Below are positions 50,950 to 62,700 of a stretch of 64,000 nt of DNA, piece after piece. Position 1 is the first letter of the stretch. Every line of letters starts with the position of its first letter. Origin of the DNA: Eledone cirrhosa (taxonomy: Eukaryota); NCBI GenBank assembly GCA_964016885.1, contig CAXHJY010000397.1:62001-126000 (forward strand), read 5' to 3'. The translations under genes and the position numbers were made by a program. The notes below the pieces were generated by a model. It saw only the letters and a program-made list of their open reading frames with translations, ran no database searches and was not told the origin of the DNA.

Positions 50950-53900
50950 ATAGCTTAGCTTAGGATAGCTTAGCTTAGCTTAGCTTAGGATAGCTTAGCT
51001 TAGCTTAGCTTAGGATAGCTTAGCTTAGCTTAGCTTAGGATAGCTTAGCTTAGCTTAGCTTAGGATAGCTTAGCTTAGGATAGCTTAGGATAGCTTAGCT
51101 TAGCTTAGCTTAGGGTAGCTTAGCTTAGCTTAGCTTAGGATAGCTTAGCTTAGCTTAGGATAGCTTAGCTTAGCTTAGCTTAGGATAGCTTAGCTTAGCT
51201 TAGCTTAGGATAGCTTAGCTTAGCTTAGCTTAGGATAGCTTAGGATAGCTTAGGATAGCTTAGCTTAGCTTAGCTTAGGATAGCTTAGCTTAGCTTAGCT
51301 TAGGATAGCTTAGCTTAGCTTAGCTTAGGATAGCTTAGCTTAGCTTAGGATAGCTTAGCTTAGCTTAGCTTAGGATAGCTTAGCTTAGCTTAGCTTAGGA
51401 TAGCTTAGCTTAGCTTAGCTTAGGATAGCTTAGCTTAGCTTAGGATAGCTTAGCTTAGCTTAGCTTAGGATAGCTTAGCTTAGGATAGCTTAGGATAGCT
51501 TAGCTTAGGATAGCTTAGCTTAGGATAGCTTAGGATAGCTTAGCTTAGCTTAGCTTAGGATAGCTTAGCTTAGCTTAGCTTAGGATAGCTTAGCTTAGCT
51601 TAGGATAGCTTAGCTTAGCTTAGCTTAGGATAGCTTAGCTTAGCTTAGCTTAGGATAGCTTAGCTTAGCTTAGCTTAGGATAGCTTAGCTTAGGATAGCT
51701 TAGCTTAGGATAGCTTAGCTTAGGTTAGCTTAGCTTAGCTTAGCTTAGGATAGCTTAGGATAGCTTAGCTTAGGATAGCTTAGCTTAGCTTAGCTTAGGA
51801 TAGCTTAGCTTAGCTTAGCTTAGGATAGCTTAGCTTAGGATAGCTTAGGATTGCTTAGCTTAGCTTAGCTTAGGATAGCTTAGCTTAGCTTAGCTTAGGA
51901 TAGCTTAGCTTAGCTTAGGATAGCTTAGCTTAGCTTAGCTTAGGATAGCTTAGCTTAGCTTAGCTTAGGATAGCTTAGCTTAGCTTAGCTTAGGATAGCT
52001 TAGCTTAGCTTAGCTTAGGATAGCTTAGCTTAGCTTAGGATAGCTTAGCTTAGCTTAGCTTAGGATAGCTTAGCTTAGCTTAGGATAGCTTAGCTTAGCT
52101 TAGCTTAGGATAGCTTAGCTTAGCTTAGCTTAGGATAGCTTAGCTTAGCTTAGCTTAGGATAGCTTAGCTTAGCTTAGCTTAGGATAGCTTAGCTTAGCT
52201 TAGCTTAGGATAGATTAGCTTAGCTTAGGATAGCTTAGCTTAGCTTAGCTTAGGAAAGCTTAGCTTAGCTTAGGATAGCTTAGCTTAGCTTAGCTTAGGA
52301 GAGCTTAGCTTAGCTTAGCTTAGGATAGCTTAGCTTAGCTTAGCTTAGGATAGCTTAGCTTAGCTTAGGTAGCTTAGCTTAGCTTAGCTTAGGATAGCTT
52401 AGCTTAGCTTAGCTTAGCTTAGGATAGCTTAGCTTAGCTTAGCTTAGGAGAGCTTAGCTTAGCTTAGCTTAGGATAGCTTAGGATAGCTTAGCTTAGGAT
52501 AGCTTAGGATAGCTTACCTTAGGAGAGCTTAGCTTAGGATAGCTTAGCTTAGGATAGCTTAGGATAGCTTAGCTTAGGATAGCTTAGCTTAGGATAGCTT
52601 AGCTTAGGATAGCTTAGGATAGCTTAGCTTAGCTTAGGATAGCTTAGCTTAGCTTAGCTTAGGATAGCTTAGCTTAGGTTAGCTTAGCTTAGCTTAGCTT
52701 AGCTTAGGATAGCTTAGCTTAGGATAGCTTAGGATAGCTTAGCTTAGGATAGCTTAGGATAGCTTAGCTTAGGATAGCTTAGCTTAGGATAGCTTAGGAT
52801 AGCTTAGCTTAGGATAGCTTAGGATAGCTTAGCTTAGGATAGCTTAGCTTAGGATAGCTTAGGATAGCTTAGCTTAGCTTAGCTTAGGATAGCTTAGATT
52901 AGCTTAGCTTAGGATAGCTTAGCTTAGCTTAGCTTAGGATAGCTTAGCTTAGCTTAGCTTAGCTTAGGATAGCTTAGCTTAGCTTAGGATAGCTTAGCTT
53001 AGCTTAGCTTAGGATAGCTTAGCTTAGCTTAGCTTAGGATAGCTTAGCTTAGGATAGCTTAGCTTAGGATAGCTTAGCTTAGGTTAGCTTAGCTTAGCTT
53101 AGCTTAGGATAGCTTTGCTTAGCTTAGCTTAGGATAGCTTAGCTTAGCTTAGCTTAGGATAGCTTAGCTTAGCTTAGCTTAGGATAGCTTAGCTTAGCTT
53201 AGCTTAGGATAGCTTAGCTTAGCTTAGCTTAGGATAGCTTAGCTTAGGATAGCTTAGGATAGCTTAGCTTAGCTTAGCTTAGGGTAGCTTAGCTTAGCTT
53301 AGCTTAGGATAGCTTAGCTTAGCTTAGGATAGCTTAGCTTAGCTTAGCTTAGGATAGCTTAGCTTAGCTTAGCTTAGGATAGCTTAGCTTAGCTTAGCTT
53401 AGGATAGCTTAGGATAGCTTAGGATAGCTTAGCTTAGCTTAGCTTAGGATAGCTTAGCTTAGCTTAGCTTAGGATAGCTTAGCTTAGCTTAGCTTAGGAT
53501 AGCTTAGCTTAGCTTAGGATAGCTTAGCTTAGCTTAGCTTAGGATAGCTTAGCTTAGCTTAGCTTAGGATAGCTTAGCTTAGCTTAGCTTAGGATAGCTT
53601 AGCTTAGCTTAGGATAGCTTAGCTTAGCTTAGCTTAGGATAGCTTAGCTTAGGATAGCTTAGGATAGCTTAGCTTAGGATAGCTTAGCTTAGGATAGCTT
53701 AGGATAGCTTAGCTTAGCTTAGCTTAGGATAGCTTAGCTTAGCTTAGCTTAGGATAGCTTAGCTTAGCTTAGGATAGCTTAGCTTAGCTTAGGATAGCTT
53801 AGCTTAGCTTAGCTTAGGATAGCTTAGCTTAGCTTAGCTTAGGATAGCTTAGCTTAGGATAGCTTAGCTTAGGATAGCTTAGCTTAGGTTAGCTTAGCTT

Positions 53901-55150
53901 AGCTTAGGATAGCTTAGGATAGCTTAGCTTAGGATAGCTTAGCTTAGCTTAGCTTAGGATAGCTTAGCTTAGCTTAGCTTAGGATAGCTTAGCTTAGGAT
54001 AGCTTAGGATTGCTTAGCTTAGCTTAGCTTAGGATAGCTTAGCTTAGCTTAGCTTAGGATAGCTTAGCTTAGCTTAGGATAGCTTAGCTTAGCTTAGCTT
54101 AGGATAGCTTAGCTTAGCTTAGCTTAGGATAGCTTAGCTTAGCTTAGCCTAGGATAGCTTAGCTTAGCTTAGCTTAGGATAGCTTAGCTTAGCTTAGGAT
54201 AGCTTAGCTTAGCTTAGCTTAGGATAGCTTAGCTTAGCTTAGGATAGCTTAGCTTAGCTTAGCTTAGGATAGCTTAGCTTAGCTTAGCTTAGGATAGCTT
54301 AGCTTAGCTTAGCTTAGGATAGCTTAGCTTAGCTTAGCTTAGGATAGCTTAGCTTAGCTTAGCTTAGGATAGATTAGCTTAGCTTAGGATAGCTTAGCTT
54401 AGCTTAGCTTAGGAAAGCTTAGCTTAGCTTAGGATAGCTTAGCTTAGCTTAGCTTAGGAGAGCTTAGCTTAGCTTAGCTTAGGATAGCTTAGCTTAGCTT
54501 AGCTTAGGATAGCTTAGCTTAGCTTAGGTAGCTTAGCTTAGCTTAGCTTAGGATAGCTTAGCTTAGCTTAGCTTAGCTTAGGATAGCTTAGCTTAGCTTA
54601 GCTTAGGAGAGCTTAGCTTAGCTTAGCTTAGGATAGCTTAGGATAGCTTAGCTTAGGATAGCTTAGGATAGCTTACCTTAGGAGAGCTTAGCTTAGGATA
54701 GCTTAGCTTAGGATAGCTTAGGATAGCTTAGCTTAGGATAGCTTAGCTTAGGATAGCTTAGCTTAGGATAGCTTAGGATAGCTTAGCTTAGCTTAGGATA
54801 GCTTAGCTTAGCTTAGCTTAGGATAGCTTAGCTTAGGTTAGCTTAGCTTAGCTTAGCTTAGCTTAGGATAGCTTAGCTTAGGATAGCTTAGGATAGCTTA
54901 GCTTAGGATAGCTTAGGATAGCTTAGCTTAGGATAGCTTAGCTTAGGATAGCTTAGGATAGCTTAGCTTAGGATAGCTTAGGATAGCTTAGCTTAGGATA
55001 GCTTAGCTTAGGATAGCTTAGGATAGCTTAGCTTAGCTTAGCTTAGGATAGCTTAGATTAGCTTAGCTTAGGATAGCTTAGCTTAGCTTAGCTTAGGATA
55101 GCTTAGCTTAGCTTAGCTTAGCTTAGGATAGCTTAGCTTAGCTTAGGATA
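50950..55150 (+). repeat. ~2.16 kb tandem duplication
   Basis: AGGGT 51112/53281 (2,169); GGATTG 51852/54011 and AGGT 52367/54526 (both 2,159). Confidence 0.85.
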
Positions 55151-56799
55151 GCTTAGCTTAGCTTAGGATAGCTTAGCTTAGCTTAGCTTAGGATAGCTTA
55201 GCTTAGCTTAGCTTAGGATAGCTTAGCTTAGCTTAGCTTAGGATAGCTTAGCTTAGCTTAGCTTAGGATAGCTTAGCTTAGCTTAGCTTAGGATAGCTTA
55301 GCTTAGCTTAGCTTAGGATAGCTTAGCTTAGCTTAGCTCAGGATAGCTTAGCTTAGGATAGCTTATCTTAGCTTAGCTTAGGTAGCTTAGCTTAGCTTAG
55401 CTTAGGATAGCTTAGCTTAGCTTAGCTTAGGATAGCTTAGCTTAGCTTGGCTTAGGATAGCTTAGCTTAGCTTAGCTTAGGATAGCCTAGCTTAGCTTAG
55501 CTTAGGATGGCTTAGCTTAGCTTAGCTTAGGATAGCTTAGCTTAGCTTAGCATAGGATAGCTTAGCTTAGTTTAGGATAGCTTAGCTTAGCTAAGCTTAG
55601 CTTAGGATAGCTTAGGATAGCTTAGCTTAGGATAGCTTAGGATAGCTTAGCTTAGGATAGCTTAGCTTAGGATAGCTTAGCTTAGGATAGCTTAGGATAG
55701 CTTAGCTTAGGATAGCTTAGGATAGCTTAGCTTAGGATAGCTTAGGATAGCTTAGCTTAGGATAGCTTAGCTTAGGATAGCTTAGGAAAGCTTAGCTTAG
55801 CTTAGCTTAGGATAGCTTAGCTTAGCTTAGCTTAGGATAGCTTAGCTTAGCTTAGCTTAGGATAGCTTAGGATAGCTTAGCTTAGGATAGCTTAGGATAG
55901 CTTAGATTAGGATAGCTTAGCTTAGGATAGCTTAGCTTAGGATAGCTTAGGATAGCTTAGCTTAGGATAGCTTAGGATAGCTTAGCTTAGGATAGCTTAG
56001 CTTAGGATAGCTTAGGATAGCTTAGCTTAGCTTAGCTTAGGATAGCTTAGCTTAGCTTAGCTTAGGATAGCTTAGCTTAGCTTAGCTTAGCTTAGGATAG
56101 CTTAGCTTAGCTTAGCTTAGGATAGCTTAGGATAGCTTAGCTTAGGATAGTTTAGGATAGCTTAGGATAGCTTAGCTTAGGATAGCTTAGGATAGCTTAG
56201 CTTAGGATAGCTTAGCTTAGGATAGCTTAGCTTAGCTTAGCTTAGGATAGCTTAGCTTAGGATAGCTTAGGATAGCTTAGCTTAGGATAGCTTAGCTTAG
56301 GATAGCTTAGGATAGCTTAGCTTAGCTTAGCTTAGCTTAGCTTAGCTTAGGATAGCTTAGCTTAGCTTAGCTTAGGATAGCTTAGCTTAGCTTAGGATAG
56401 CTTAGCTTAGCTTAGCTTAGGTAGCTTAGCTTAGCTTAGCTTAGGATAGCTTAGCTTAGCTTAGCTTAGGATAGCTTAGCTTAGCTTAGCTTAGGATAGC
56501 TTAGCTTAGCTTAGCTTAGGATAGCTTAGCTTAGCTTAGCTTAGGATAGCTTAGCTTAGCTTAGCTTAGGTTAGCTTAGCTTAGGATAGCTTAGTTTAGG
56601 TTAGCTTAGCTTAGCTTAGGATAGCTTAGCTTAGGATAGCTTAGCTTAGCTTAGGATAGCTTAGCTTAGCTTAGCTTAGGATAGCTTAGCTTAGCTTAGC
56701 TTAGGATAGCTTAGCTTAGGATAGCTTAGGATAGCTTAGCTTAGCTTAGCTTAGGATAGCTTAGCTTAGCTTAGCTTAGGATAGCTTAGCTTAGCTTAG

Positions 56800-59770
56800 G
56801 ATAGCTTAGCTTAGCTTAGCTTAGGATAGCTTAGCTTAGCTTAGCTTAGGATAGCTTAGCTTAGCTTTGCTTAGGATAGCTTAGCTTAGCTTAGCTTAGG
56901 ATAGCTTAGCTTAGCTTAGCTTAGGATAGCTTAGCTTAGCTTAGCTTAGGATAGCTTAGCTTAGCTTAGCTTAGGATAGCTTAGCTTAGCTTAGCTTAGG
57001 ATAGCTTAGCTTAGCTTAGCTTAGGATCGCTTAGCTTAGCTTAGCTTAGGATAGCTTAGCTTAGCTTAGGATAGCTTAGCTTAGCTTAGCTTAGGATAGC
57101 TTAGCTTAGCTTAGGATAGCTTAGGATAGCTTAGCTTAGGAGAGCTTAGCTTAGCTTAGCTTAGGATAGCTTAGCTTAGCTTAGCTTAGGATAGCTTAGC
57201 TTAACTTAGCTTAGGATAGCTTAGCTTAGCTTAGGATAGCTTAGCTTAGCTTAGCTTAGGATAGCTTAGCTTAGCTTAGCTTAGGATAGCTTAGCTTAGC
57301 TTAGCTTAGGATAGCTTAGGATAGCTTAGCTTAGGATAGCTTAGGATAGCTTACCTTAGGAGAGCTTAGCTTAGGATAGCTTAGCTTAGGATAGCTTAGG
57401 ATAGCTTAGCTTAGGATAGCTTAGCTTAGGATAGCTTAGCTTAGGATAGCTTAGGATAGCTTAGCTTAGCTTAGCTTAGGATAGCTTAGCTTAGCTTAGC
57501 TTAGGATAGCTTAGCTTAGCTTAGCTTAGGATAGCTTAGCTTAGCTTAGCTTAGGATAGCTTAGGATAGCTTAGCTTAGGATAGCTTAGGATAGCTTAGC
57601 TTAGGATAGCTTAGGATAGCTTAGCTTAGGATAGCTTAGCTTAGGATAGCTTAGCTTAGGATAGCTTAGGATAGCTTAGCTTAGGATATCTTAGGATAGC
57701 TTAGCTTAGGATAGCTTAGCTTAGGATAGCTTAGGATAGCTTAGCTTAACTTAGCTTAGGATAGCTTAGCTTAGCTTAGGATAGCTTAGCTTAGCTTAGC
57801 TTAGGATAGCTTAGCTTAGCTTAGCTTAGGATAGCTTAGGATAGCTTAGCTTAGGATAGCTTAGGATAGCTTAGCTTAGGATAGCTTAGGATAGCTTAGC
57901 TTAGGATAGCTTAGCTTAGGATAGCTTAGCTTAGGATAGTTTAGGATAGCTTAGCTTAGCTTAGCTTAGGATAGCTTAGGATAGCTTAGCTTAGGATAGC
58001 TTAGGATAGCTTAGCTTAGGATAGATTAGGATAGCTTAGCTTAGGATAGCTTAGGATAGCTTAGCTTAGGATAGCTTAGCTTAGGATAGCTTAGCTTAGC
58101 TTAGGATAGCTTAGCTTGGGATAGCTTAGGATAGCTTAGCTTGGGATAGCTTAGCTTAGGATAGCTTAGGATAGCTTAGCTTAGCTTAGCTTAGGATAGC
58201 TTAGCTTAGCTTAGCTTAGGATAGCTTAGCTTAGCTTAGGATAGCTTAGCTTAGCTTAGCTTAGGATAGCTTAGCTTAGCTTAGCTTAGGATAGCTTAGC
58301 TTAGCTTAGCTTAGGATAGCTTAGCTTAGCTTAGCTTAGGATAGCTTAGCTTAGCTTAGCTTAGGATAGCTTAGCTTAGCTTAGCTTAGAATAGCTTAGC
58401 TTAGGATAGCTTAGCTTAGGATAGCTTAGCTTAGGATAGCTTAGGATAGCTTAGCTTAGGATAGCTTAGGATAGCTTAGCTTAGGATAGCTTAGCTTAGC
58501 TTAGCTTAGGATAGCTTAGCTTAGCTTAGGATAGCTTAGCTTAGCTTAGCTTAGGATAGCTTAGCTTAGGATAGCTTAGGAAAGCTTAGCTTAGCTTAGC
58601 TTAGGATAGCTTAGCTTAGCTTAGCTTAGGATAGCTTAGCTTAGCTTAGGATAGCTTAGCTTAGCTTAGCTTAGGATAGCTTAGCTTAGCTTAGTTTAGG
58701 ATAGCTTAGCTTAGCTTAGCTTAGGATAGCTTAGCTTAGCTTAGCTTAGGATAGCTTAGCTTAGCTTAGCTTAGGATAGCTTAGCTTAGGATAGCTTAGC
58801 TTAGCTTAGCTTAGGATAGCTTAGCTTAGCTTAGCTTAGGATAGCTTAGCTTAGGATAGCTTAGCTTAGCTTAGCTTAGGATAGCTTAGCATAGCTTAGC
58901 TTAGGATAGCTTAGCTTAGCTTAGCTTAGGATAGCTTAGCTTAGCTTAGCTTAGGATAGCTTAGCTTAGCTTAGCTTAGGATAGCTTAGCTTAGCTTAGC
59001 TTAGGATAGCTTAGCTTAGCTTAGCTTAGGATAGCTTAGCATAGCTTAGCTTAGGATAGCTTAGCTTAGCTTAGCTTAGGATAGCTTAGCTTAGCTTAGG
59101 ATAGCTTAGCTTAGCTTGGCTTAGGTTAGCTTAGCTTAGCTTGGCTTAGGATAGCTTAGCTTAGCTTAGATTAGCTTAGGATAGCTTAGCTTAGGATAGC
59201 TTAGGATAGCTTAGCTTAGCTTAGCTTAGGATAGCTTAGCTTAGTTTAGGATAGCTTAGCTTAGCTTAGCTTAGGATAGCTTAGGATAGCTTAGCTTGGG
59301 ACAGCTTAGGATAGCTTAGCTTAGGATAGCTTAGGATAGCTTAGCTTAGGATAGCTTAGGATAGCTTAGGTTAGGATAGCTTAGCTTAGGATAGCTTAGG
59401 ATAGCTTAGCTTAGGATAGCTTAGGATAGCTTAGCTTAGAATAGCTTAGGATAGCTTAGCTTAGGATAGCTTAGCTTAGGATAGCTTAGGAAAGCTTAGC
59501 TTAGCTTAGCTTAGGATAGCTTAGCTTAGCTTAGCTTAGGATAGCTTAGCTTAGCTTAGCTTAGGATAGCTTAGGATAGCTTAGCTTAGGATAGCTTAGG
59601 ATAGCTTAGCTTAGGATAGCTTAGCTTAGGATAGCTTAGCTTAGGATAGCTTAGGATAGCTTAGCTTAGGATAGCTTAGGATAGCTTAGCTTAGGATAGC
59701 TTAGCTTAGGATAGCTTAGGATAGCTTAGCTTAGCTTAGCTTAGGATAGCTTAGCTTAGCTTAGGATAGC
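56800..59770 (+). repeat. Second copy of the 43.3-46.3 kb SNV-rich block
   Basis: Same ordered set of variants at constant offset 13,460. Confidence 0.92.
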
Positions 59771-62700
59771 TTAGCTTAGCTTAGCTTAGGATAGCTTAGG
59801 ATAGCTTAGCTTAGGATAGCTTAGCTTAGCTTAGCTTAGGATAGCTTAGCTTAGCTTAGCTTAGGATAGCTTAGCTTAGCTTAGCTTAGGATAGCTTAGC
59901 TTAGCTTAGCTTAGGATAGCTTAGCTTAGGATAGCTTAGGATAGCTTAGCTTAGCTTAGCTTAGGATAGCTTAGCTTAGCTTAGCTTAGGATAGCTTAGC
60001 TTAGCTTAGGATAGCTTAGCTTAGCTTAGCTTAGGATAGCTTAGCTTAGCTTAGCTTAGGATAGCTTAGCTTAGCTTAGCTTAGGATAGCTTAGGATAGC
60101 TTAGGATAGCTTAGCTTAGCTTAGCTTAGGATAGCTTAGCTTAGCTTAGCTTAGGATAGCTTAGCTTAGCTTAGCTTAGGATAGCTTAGCTTAGCTTAGG
60201 ATAGCTTAGCTTAGCTTAGCTTAGGATAGCTTAGCTTAGCTTAGCTTAGGATAGCTTAGCTTAGCTTAGCTTAGGATAGCTTAGCTTAGCTTAGGATAGC
60301 TTAGCTTAGCTTAGCTTAGGATAGCTTAGCTTAGGATAGCTTAGGATAGCTTAGCTTAGGATAGCTTAGCTTAGGATAGCTTAGGATAGCTTAGCTTAGC
60401 TTAGCTTAGGATAGCTTAGCTTAGCTTAGCTTAGGATAGCTTAGCTTAGCTTAGGATAGCTTAGCTTAGCTTAGCTTAGGATAGCTTAGCTTAGCTTAGC
60501 TTAGGATAGCTTAGGATAGCTTAGCTTAGCTTAGCTTAGGATAGCTTAGCTTAGCTTAGCTTAGGATAGCTTAGCTTAGCTTAGCTTAGGATAGCTTAGC
60601 TTAGCTTAGGATAGCTTAGCTTAGCTTAGCTTAGGATAGCTTAGCTTAGCTTAGCTTAGGATAGCTTAGCTTAGGATAGCTTAGGATAGCTTAGCTTAGC
60701 TTAGCTTAGGATAGCTTAGCATAGCTTAGGATAGCTTAGCTTAGCTTAGGATAGCTTAGCTTAGCTTAGGATAGCTTAGCTTAGCTTAGCTTAGGATAGC
60801 TTAGCTTAGCTTAGCTTAGGATAGCTTAGCTTAGCTTAGCTTAGGATAGCTTAGGATAGCTTAGCCTAGCTTAGCTTAGGATAGCTTAGCTTAGCTTAGC
60901 TTAGGATAGCTTAGCTTAGCTTAGCTTAGGATAGCTTAGCTTAGCTTAGCTTAGGATAGCTTAGCTTAGGATAGCTTAGCTTAGCTTAGTTTAGGATAGC
61001 TTAGCTTAGGATAGCTTAGCTTAGCTTAGGATAGCTTAGCTTAGCTTAGCTTAGGATAGCTTAGCTTAGCTTAGCTTAGGATAGCTTAGCTTAGCTTAGC
61101 TTAGGATAGCTTAGCTTAGCTTGGCTTAGGATAGCTTAGCTTAGCTTAGCTTAGGATAGCTTAGCTTAGCTTAGCTTAGGATAGCTTAGCTTAGCTTAGG
61201 ATAGCTTAGCTTAATTTAGGATAGCTTAGCTTAGCTTGGCTTAGGATAGCTTAGCTTAGCTTAGCTTAGGATAGCCTAGGATAGCTTAGGATAGCTTAGC
61301 TTTGCTTAGCTTAGGATAGCTTAGCTTAGCTTAGCTTAGGATAGCTTAGCTTAGCTTAGCTTAAGATAGCTTAGCTTAGCTTAGGATAGCTTAGCTTAGC
61401 TTAGCTTAGGATAGCTTAGCTTAGCTTAGCTTAGGATAGCTTAGCTTAGCTTAGCTTAGGATAGCTTAGCTTAGCTTAGCTTAGGATAGATTAGCTTAGC
61501 TTAGGATAGCTTAGCTTAGCTTAGCTTAGGAAAGCTTAGCTTAGCTTAGGATAGCTTAGTTTAGCTTAGCTTAGGAGAGCTTAGCTTAGCTTAGGATAGC
61601 TTAGCTTAGCTTAGCTTAGGATAGCTTAGCTTAGCTTAGCTTAGGTAGCTTAGCTTAGCTTAGCTTAGGATAGCTTAGCTTAGCTTAGCTTAGCTTAGGA
61701 TAGCTTAGCTTAGCTTAGGAGAGCTTAGCTTAGCTTAGCTTAGGATAGCTTAGGATAGCTTAGCTTAGGATAGCTTAGGATAGCTTACCTTAGGAGAGCT
61801 TAGCTTAGGATAGCTTAGCTTAGGATAGCTTAGGATAGCTTAGCTTAGGATAGCTTAGCTTAGGATAGCTTAGCTTAGGATAGCTTAGGATAGCTTAGCT
61901 TAGCTTAGCTTAGGATAGCTTAGCTTAGCTTAGCTTAGGATAGCTTAGCTTAGGTTAGCTTAGCTTAGCTTAGCTTAGCTTAGGATAGCTTAGCTTAGGA
62001 TAGCTTAGGATAGCTTAGCTTAGGATAGCTTAGGATAGCTTAGCTTAGGAGAGCTTAGCTTAGGATAGCTTAGGATAGCTTAGCTTAGGATAGCTTAGGA
62101 TAGCTTAGCTTAGGATAGCTTAGCTTAGGATAGCTTAGGATAGCTTAGCTTAGCTTAGCTTAGGATAGCTTAGCTTAGCTTAGCTTAGGATAGCTTAGCT
62201 TAGCTTAGCTTAGGATAGCTTAGCTTAGCTTAGCTTAGGATAGCTTAGGATAGCTTAGCTTAGGATAGCTTAGGATAGCTTAGCTTAGGATAGCTTAGGA
62301 TAGCTTAGGATAGCTTAGCTTAGCTTAGCTTAGGATAGCTTAGCTTAGCTTAGCTTAGGATAGCTTAGCTTAGCTTAGCTTAGGATAGCTTAGCTTAGCT
62401 TAGGATAGCTTAGCTTAGCTTAGCTTAGGATAGCTTAGCTTAGCTTAGCTTAGGACAGCTTAGCTTAGCTTAGCTTAGGATAGCTTAGCTTAGCTTAGGA
62501 TAGCTTAGCTTAGCTTAGCTTAGGATAGCTTAGCTTAGCTTAGCTTAGGATAGCTTAGCTTAGGATAGCTTAGCTTAGGATAGCTTAGCTTAGGTTAGCT
62601 TAGCTTAGCTTAGCTTAGGATAGCTTAGGATAGCTTAGCTTAGGATAGCTTAGCTTAGCTTAGCTTAGGATAGCTTAGCTTAGCTTAGCTTAGGATAGCT

